Assembly (NCBI GenBank): GCA_016201795.1
Contig: JACQCF010000002.1
Span: 45,122 to 109,121, forward strand
Length of the DNA: 64,000 nucleotides
DNA from: Candidatus Omnitrophota bacterium
GTDB taxonomy: Bacteria > Omnitrophota > Gorgyraeia > Zapsychrales > Fredricksoniimonadaceae
Direction: 5' to 3'
In this document: positions 58,360-64,000 of the stretch, in pieces
Layout of the letters: each line of letters begins with the position of its first letter
How positions within the stretch are numbered: the first letter of the stretch is position 1
Translations under genes and position numbers: made by a program
Notes under the pieces: generated by a model
Told to the model about the DNA's origin: nothing
Seen by the model: the letters and a program-made list of their open reading frames with translations, nothing else
Databases searched by the model: none

Positions 58360-59560
58360 AATATGCACTTCTCCGACCAATGATATTATCACTTTCGGGG
58401 GGATGCCCGTGGCGAATGGTTTTATTAATGTGGTTGGGCAAGATGAATTTGTTTTCGATTTGACCGTTTCTTTTTGTACCCATTGTTTCATGGTCCAGTT
58501 AAAAGAGACTGTACCACCGGAAAAAATGTTTAATGATCACTACCATTTTATGTCATCGACCTCTCAAGGCATGGCCGTCCACTTTGAGGGCAATGCCAAA
58601 GAGATCATTGATCGGTTAGCAGGCAGGCCAGATTCCTTTGTTGTGGAATTAGGATGCAATGATGGCCCCATGCTAAAACACATTGCGGCAAAAGGTATTC
58701 GTCATTTAGGGGTTGAACCGTCCGGTAACGTGGCGGATTTGGCACAGAAAAATAATGTCAGGGTCTTAAAGGAATTTTTTAATCAGAAGACCGCCGCACA
58801 GATCGTCCAGAAAGACGGTCAGGCCGATGTCATTTGCGGTTCCAACGTGTTTTGCCATATCGAGGATATTCATTCCGTGTTCACCGGTATCAGTGTTTTG
58901 CTTAAAGAGGACGGCTATGTGTATTTCGAAGATCCGTATTTAATGGATATTGTTGAACAATCTTCTTTTGATCAAATTTACGATGAGCATGTTTTTTATT
59001 ATTCCGGCTTATCTGTACGTGAGCTGGCCAAGCGTCATCAGTTAGAGTTGGTAGATATGGTGCATCAGGATGTCCACGGCGGGTCAATGCGCTATTACCT
59101 TAAGAAAGGGGCGGGGTATACCGTGCATCCGCGGGTCGAAGAATTCATTGCTCGGGAAAAATCCCTTAAGTTGGATCAGCCGGCCGGGTACGCTTCTTTT
59201 AAGGATCACGTGAATCAAATCTGTCACCAGTTGCGCCACACTCTTGAAGAGATCAAGCATAAAGGTAGTCGCATTGTCGGTTATGGGGCTACTTCCAAAA
59301 GTACGACCCTGTTAAATTACGCCAAGATTGGACCGGCGCTGGTGGATTATATCTCTGACAACACTCCCTATAAGATCAATAAATTTACGCCCGGCATGCA
59401 TATTCCCATCAGATCTTATGAGACATTTTTGGAGGATCAGCCAGCTTACACTTTATTATTAGCTTGGAACCATCGCCGGGAAATATTGGAAAAAGAAAAA
59501 GAGTATCGCCGCAAGGGGGGGAAATTTATTACCTTTTTCCCCGCGGTGACTATTGAATAA
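58346..59560 (+). CDS. NDP-sugar C-methyltransferase (TylCIII/TcaB9-like), paralog 2
   Basis: CKICTS...CTHCF zinc ribbon, VVELGCNDGPML motif I and a C-terminal C-methyltransferase-like domain. Confidence 0.6.
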   Translation: MSHCKICTSPTNDIITFGGMPVANGFINVVGQDEFVFDLTVSFCTHCFMVQLKETVPPEKMFNDHYHFMSSTSQGMAVHFEGNAKEIIDRLAGRPDSFVVELGCNDGPMLKHIAAKGIRHLGVEPSGNVADLAQKNNVRVLKEFFNQKTAAQIVQKDGQADVICGSNVFCHIEDIHSVFTGISVLLKEDGYVYFEDPYLMDIVEQSSFDQIYDEHVFYYSGLSVRELAKRHQLELVDMVHQDVHGGSMRYYLKKGAGYTVHPRVEEFIAREKSLKLDQPAGYASFKDHVNQICHQLRHTLEEIKHKGSRIVGYGATSKSTTLLNYAKIGPALVDYISDNTPYKINKFTPGMHIPIRSYETFLEDQPAYTLLLAWNHRREILEKEKEYRRKGGKFITFFPAVTIE

Positions 59561-59563
59561 AGG

Positions 59564-60016
59564 ATGCGGGTTATGATTCAGGGCATTGAAATCAAAAAAC
59601 TCATCGCTCATCAAGACGAACGAGGCTTCTTTTGCGAACTGATCCGTACCTCCGACGAATTTTTTAAAGGGCAGTTTGGCCAGTTAAGCCATTCGATGAC
59701 GCATACGGGTGTCTTCAAGGCATGGCACATGCATCATAAGCAAACCGATTGGATTTGTGCTATTGCCGGAGATATCAAATTGGGCCTGTACGATATGCGT
59801 AAGGGCTCCTCAACCCACGGCCAGTTGAATGAGATTTTGATGGGCCAAACTCATGGCCGCGTGGTGGTTAAAATTCCGCCGGGGATTGCGCACGGGTATA
59901 AGATTATCCAGGGGCCCGCTCATATCATTTATGTGATGAATAGGGAATATGATCCCAGCGATGAAATTCGTATCCCCCATGATGACGCTACCATTGGATA
60001 CGATTGGACAGTATGA
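59564..60016 (+). CDS. RmlC-like cupin sugar-nucleotide 3,5-epimerase / ketoisomerase
   Basis: ERGFFCE...WHMHHKQTDWICAIAGDIKLGLYDMR matches the RmlC-family cupin core. About 150 aa. Confidence 0.55.
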   Translation: MRVMIQGIEIKKLIAHQDERGFFCELIRTSDEFFKGQFGQLSHSMTHTGVFKAWHMHHKQTDWICAIAGDIKLGLYDMRKGSSTHGQLNEILMGQTHGRVVVKIPPGIAHGYKIIQGPAHIIYVMNREYDPSDEIRIPHDDATIGYDWTV

Positions 60017-60951
60017 TGAAAAATTTTTATGCCGGTAAACGGATTTTGGTTACGGGTGCGACGGGATATTTAGGTTCTTGCGTCCTGCGCGCTTTGAGTG
60101 ACTGGTCCTGCGAGGTCAAAGTCCTGCAGACGGATATACGCGATGAAAATATTTGGCCGGGCCTGTTAAAGGATGTAGATATTATTTTTCATTTTGCGGC
60201 GCAAACCAGTGCGTATGTAGCCAATGAAGATCCGGTCAACGACGTTAAAGTCAATGTTCTGCCGGTCGCGGCCTTGCTTGCGGCATGTTCAAAGCATCAT
60301 CTTCGGCCGGATATTATTTTTTCAGGGACTGTCACTCAGGCCGGATTGACACAGCATTGGCCTGTCAATGAGTCGGTTAAAGACGATCCCTTGACGGTTT
60401 ACGATATTCATAAACTGACGGTCGAGCATTATCTGCGTTATTATAGCCGTCAGCTAGGCGGCAGGGCGGTGACCTTGCGTTTAGCCAACCTTTATGGGCC
60501 AGGCCCAAGTGCGAGTAGTTCCGATCGAGGCATTCTCAATAAGATGGTTGAGAAGGCATTACAAGGCAAACCGTTGACGGTTTATGGGGATGGAAATTTT
60601 ATCCGGGATTATATTTTTATTGATGATGTGGCCCGTGCTTTTTTAGCGGCCGGAGCTCATATAGATGCTTTGAAAGGAAATTATTATGTGATTGGCAGCG
60701 GCAAGGGCCATACGGTGGCGGATATGGCGCAAATAGTTGCGCAAGAGGCGGCGCGACACACAGGTAAGTCTGTGGCGGTTGAACATGTGCCGGCGCCAGA
60801 GGGGCTATCACCCATTGAATTTAGAAATTTTGTTGCGGACACCGCATCTTTTAGCTCTTTAACGGGTTGGCAGGCCGAAGTTGACTTGACCGAAGGAGTT
60901 CGTCGAACTATTCAAACCATGGAAACATTGATGCGACAGAGGCAAAAATGA
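60004..60951 (+). CDS. NAD-dependent epimerase/dehydratase family SDR (putative 4-reductase)
   Basis: ILVTGATGYLGSCV Rossmann motif and Y-x3-K (YDIHK). Confidence 0.65.
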   Translation: MDSMMKNFYAGKRILVTGATGYLGSCVLRALSDWSCEVKVLQTDIRDENIWPGLLKDVDIIFHFAAQTSAYVANEDPVNDVKVNVLPVAALLAACSKHHLRPDIIFSGTVTQAGLTQHWPVNESVKDDPLTVYDIHKLTVEHYLRYYSRQLGGRAVTLRLANLYGPGPSASSSDRGILNKMVEKALQGKPLTVYGDGNFIRDYIFIDDVARAFLAAGAHIDALKGNYYVIGSGKGHTVADMAQIVAQEAARHTGKSVAVEHVPAPEGLSPIEFRNFVADTASFSSLTGWQAEVDLTEGVRRTIQTMETLMRQRQK

Positions 60952-61907
60952 ACATACTGATTTTGGGAGGAGCTGGATTTATTGGCAGCAACTTGGTCAG
61001 GCGCTGTTTAGCTGACCGCAGCAATAAGGTTACGGTTGTTGATTCATTAGACCAACGGCTTAAAAGTACGAAAGAACATTTAAAGGCCGTTAGCGCGGAT
61101 ATTGAATTTATCCAAGGCGATATCAGGGATGCTGCCTTAATGCAGGAGGTGGTCGTCGGGAAAGAAGTGATTTTTAATTGTGCGGCCCAAACGTCCCATC
61201 CGTTATCATTGACCGACCCGCTTTATGATGCACAGGTCAATTGCCTGGGGAGCCTGACCGTGCTGGAAGCCGTCAAAAACAGAAACCCTAAAGCCATGAT
61301 CGTTTATACATCCAGTAGTACGGTCATCGGCAAATCCCAGGGTGATGTAGTGGATGAGTCGCACGGGGAGCGCCCTTTGGATATTTATTCCGCCAATAAA
61401 GGCGTGGTCGAGAAATACCATTGGATTTATCACCATGTGCATGGGCTCAAGACGTTGTCGATCCGCTTCGCGAATCTTTTCGGTCCGTATGGCAAGGGGT
61501 ATCCCGAATTCGGATTTATCAATTATTTTATTGCCTTAGCCCGGCAGGACAAACAGATCCAGATATTCGGCGATGGTCTTCAGCAGAGAAACGTCATGTA
61601 TGTGCAAGATGCTGTTGACTTATTGTACGGTTGTGTTTCCCATCCGCCTATTTTTGGTGATATTTATTTCGCGGCTCACCGACAACATTATTCCGTGACT
61701 CAGATCGCTGCTGAGATCGTTTCTGTTTTCGGCCGGGGAAAGATTGTCCATGTGCCATGGCCGGATTTGCGCCAGAAGATTGAGATTGATAATGTCGTCA
61801 TCTCTTCTGCAAAGCTTAATCGCGTCATTGATTTTCAGCCCAGGTATAACTTAAGGGAAGGGCTCCTCAGGACCGAAGAGATATTTGAAAAGGAGGCAGT
61901 ATCGTGA
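60948..61907 (+). CDS. NAD-dependent epimerase/dehydratase family SDR
   Basis: ILILGGAGFIGSNLV motif and Y-x3-K (YSANK). Confidence 0.65.
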   Translation: MNILILGGAGFIGSNLVRRCLADRSNKVTVVDSLDQRLKSTKEHLKAVSADIEFIQGDIRDAALMQEVVVGKEVIFNCAAQTSHPLSLTDPLYDAQVNCLGSLTVLEAVKNRNPKAMIVYTSSSTVIGKSQGDVVDESHGERPLDIYSANKGVVEKYHWIYHHVHGLKTLSIRFANLFGPYGKGYPEFGFINYFIALARQDKQIQIFGDGLQQRNVMYVQDAVDLLYGCVSHPPIFGDIYFAAHRQHYSVTQIAAEIVSVFGRGKIVHVPWPDLRQKIEIDNVVISSAKLNRVIDFQPRYNLREGLLRTEEIFEKEAVS

Positions 61908-62857
61908 ATATTTGTATTACCGGCGCGGCAGGACATATCGGTTCTGCCTTAATTCGCAACATATCTTTGCCGTCTGTCGATAAAGTGCATCTGGTGGATA
62001 ATTTGATGACGCAGCGCTACGCCTCTTTATTTAATCTGCCGGAGGGTGTCAATTATGTTTTTCATGAAATAGATGTCATGTCTGATCAGATGAGGGAAGT
62101 CATTGGCGATTGTGACGTGCTTATCCATCTAGCGGCGGTGACGGATGCGCAGGCGAGTTTCCATCAGGTTGAACTGGTCGAAAAAGTCAATAAGCTGGGA
62201 CTGGAACACGTGGCCAAAATTTGTGCCCAGGAACAATGCGCTTTATTATTTCCCTCATCGACTAGCGTTTATGGCGTTTCCCAGGGCATTGTTGATGAGA
62301 ATTGTAGCGAAGCGGCCTTAAAACCTCAAAGCCCTTACGCGGAATCGAAACTTTACGGAGAAAAACTCCTAAAGACTTTATCCAAAGAAGAAGGATTACG
62401 TTTTGTTACCTTTAGGTTGGGGACGATTTTCGGCTATTCCATCGGCATGCGTTTTCATACAGCCGTGAATAAATTTATTTGGCAGGCATCCCAGGGAAAA
62501 GAAATAACGGTTTGGCAGACGGCTTTAAATCAGAAACGGCCTTATTGTGATCTGAATGATTGCGTGCAGGCCATTCAATATGTTTTGAAGGAAGATATCT
62601 TTGACGGGGAAATTTATAATATCCTGACAACTAATTTGACCGTCGCCCAAGTGATTGAAGCCATCAAGAAGTATGTGCCCCATTTGGCTGTTAAATTTGT
62701 TGATTCAGTCCTTATGAACCAATTGTCTTATGATGTCTGTACCAAGAAATCCCTGGCGCGCGGGTTTCGTTATACAGGGCAGTTAGACCAGCGCGTTCGG
62801 GAAACCATTGAGCAATTAAGAAATTTGAACCCTTCGACAGTCGGTATCCGTTTATGA
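61904..62857 (+). CDS. NAD-dependent epimerase/dehydratase family SDR
   Basis: ICITGAAGHIGSAL motif and Y-x3-K (YAESK). Confidence 0.65.
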   Translation: MNICITGAAGHIGSALIRNISLPSVDKVHLVDNLMTQRYASLFNLPEGVNYVFHEIDVMSDQMREVIGDCDVLIHLAAVTDAQASFHQVELVEKVNKLGLEHVAKICAQEQCALLFPSSTSVYGVSQGIVDENCSEAALKPQSPYAESKLYGEKLLKTLSKEEGLRFVTFRLGTIFGYSIGMRFHTAVNKFIWQASQGKEITVWQTALNQKRPYCDLNDCVQAIQYVLKEDIFDGEIYNILTTNLTVAQVIEAIKKYVPHLAVKFVDSVLMNQLSYDVCTKKSLARGFRYTGQLDQRVRETIEQLRNLNPSTVGIRL

Positions 62858-64000
62858 GCGATCATTTCAAAGTGGGGATTGTTATTCCTAATTATGGCCG
62901 TCTGGAATATTTGAAAGAAGCCGTTGACAGCGTCCTTGGCCAGAGCTATGAAAATTTTGAGCTGCTGATTAGCGACGATCATTCCCCTGATCCGGCCATT
63001 GGCACGTATTTAAGTCAAATCAAAGATCCCAGGGTCAAATGGGTGATCAACCGGACGAATGTGGGGACAACCAAGAATTATGATCAAGGGGTCAGGATGT
63101 TGGGCAAGGACATTACCTGGGCGCTGATCTTGGACAATGATGATGTTTTGGATAAAGACTATATCCAGGCCATGGTGCAGGCTCACATTCAAAACCGCCA
63201 AGCAAAAGTTATTTGCGGCCACCAGATTTTTGTTAATGCACATAAGCAAATGATCAAGAAAGACGGAGGATATCCTGAGCATGAAACCGCCCAAGATTAT
63301 TTGTTGCTCAGATGCCGAGGGCAGCGGGATTTAAGGTCATCCAATGTTTTTTTTGATTTAAAGCGTTTTTTTGAGGTGGGCGGGTACCCACCGTTTGATT
63401 CCGGGATGGGGACGGATACAGTATTGATTTTTGCTCTGGCATTTGATAATCAGGTGGGCTTTGCCCCGGCTGCGCGAATTTATATCAGGGTGCATGAAGA
63501 GGCGGAATCTATGACCACGGATCATCTGTGGGAGAAATTATTGTCTATGAAACAAATGCAGGATTATTGCCTGGGTGTATATAATCATCATCCACCATAC
63601 TTCTCACAACATAAAAGACAGGTATTGGCCGCGCTTAGGCAGCACGTGAAGCTGCAGGGCTCTGCGTTGTTAGTTAAGCGCTATCGGGAAATTGTGTCAA
63701 CCCTTCCTGCTGGCGTTGCCCGCAAAACATTACAAGAGATGCTGCAGCGATGCCGCAAGGAAAAGATAAAGGTATCATGGCAATTTTTAATGCTGGCAGG
63801 ATTTTTTAATATTCTTGGTGTTCATGTGGAAGAGTTGCTGGCGTATCAGTTTTTACGTCGTTGTAAAAATATTTTTATTTTTAAGGTCACATTAAGATGT
63901 GCTTACGTCCTTTTGACGCATTGTTGCATGGTGTGTTGCTCTTTGATCGACAAGCGTAGTGGCGGAGTTTTATTATTGCGGCTTGATGCGCTGGGCGACT
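62854..64000 (+). CDS. Family 2 glycosyltransferase; the 3' end was not reached in the window
   Basis: VGIVIPNYGRLEYL...LISDDHSPDP and the LDNDD (DxD) motif. ATGA overlap with the upstream SDR. The frame stays open to the window end. Confidence 0.65.
   Translation, partial: MSDHFKVGIVIPNYGRLEYLKEAVDSVLGQSYENFELLISDDHSPDPAIGTYLSQIKDPRVKWVINRTNVGTTKNYDQGVRMLGKDITWALILDNDDVLDKDYIQAMVQAHIQNRQAKVICGHQIFVNAHKQMIKKDGGYPEHETAQDYLLLRCRGQRDLRSSNVFFDLKRFFEVGGYPPFDSGMGTDTVLIFALAFDNQVGFAPAARIYIRVHEEAESMTTDHLWEKLLSMKQMQDYCLGVYNHHPPYFSQHKRQVLAALRQHVKLQGSALLVKRYREIVSTLPAGVARKTLQEMLQRCRKEKIKVSWQFLMLAGFFNILGVHVEELLAYQFLRRCKNIFIFKVTLRCAYVLLTHCCMVCCSLIDKRSGGVLLLRLDALGD

Overview
This is a gene-dense, almost entirely plus-strand window of about 45% GC. 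Two large surface-glycan biosynthesis islands (1-19160 and 37252-64000) flank a short housekeeping block (priA-like, fmt, tandem GalT-like genes, gap, metE, metF) and an efflux and metal/redox block (RND-TolC fusion, YHS protein, DUF255 thioredoxin-like protein). Island 1 encodes a GDP-fucose synthase tail, GDP-D-glycero-D-manno-heptose pathway enzymes (HddA kinase, HddC guanylyltransferase, GmhB phosphatase), a GT9 heptosyltransferase, a B12-binding radical SAM enzyme, DegT aminotransferases, GT2/GT4/GT28 transferases, an O-antigen-ligase-like protein, and a duplicated module of [large polytopic GT-C-like membrane protein + SAM methyltransferase]. Island 2 starts with an EPS-type MarR regulator under a perfect palindromic operator and an ABC exporter. 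It then encodes a complete pseudaminic acid (Pse) pathway (PseB, PseC, PseF-like, PseG-PseH fusion, PseI) with extra tailoring enzymes, a GDP-sugar 4,6-dehydratase/cupin epimerase/triple SDR deoxy-sugar module with two sugar C-methyltransferases, and further GT2s. The most unusual observations are: a PriA homologue whose helicase motifs I, II and VI are all degenerate and which carries an in-frame MITE-like palindromic repeat (a second copy lies between metE and metF); an RND permease fused in frame to a TolC-like outer membrane factor with an internal signal peptide and no adaptor gene nearby; tandem GalT-like HIT proteins, one of which has the nucleophilic His replaced by Arg; G-quadruplex-capable GC hairpins upstream of priA; and the duplicated membrane-protein/methyltransferase modules. 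No CRISPR arrays, tRNA or rRNA genes were seen. All calls are made by eye from motifs; no database search was possible.
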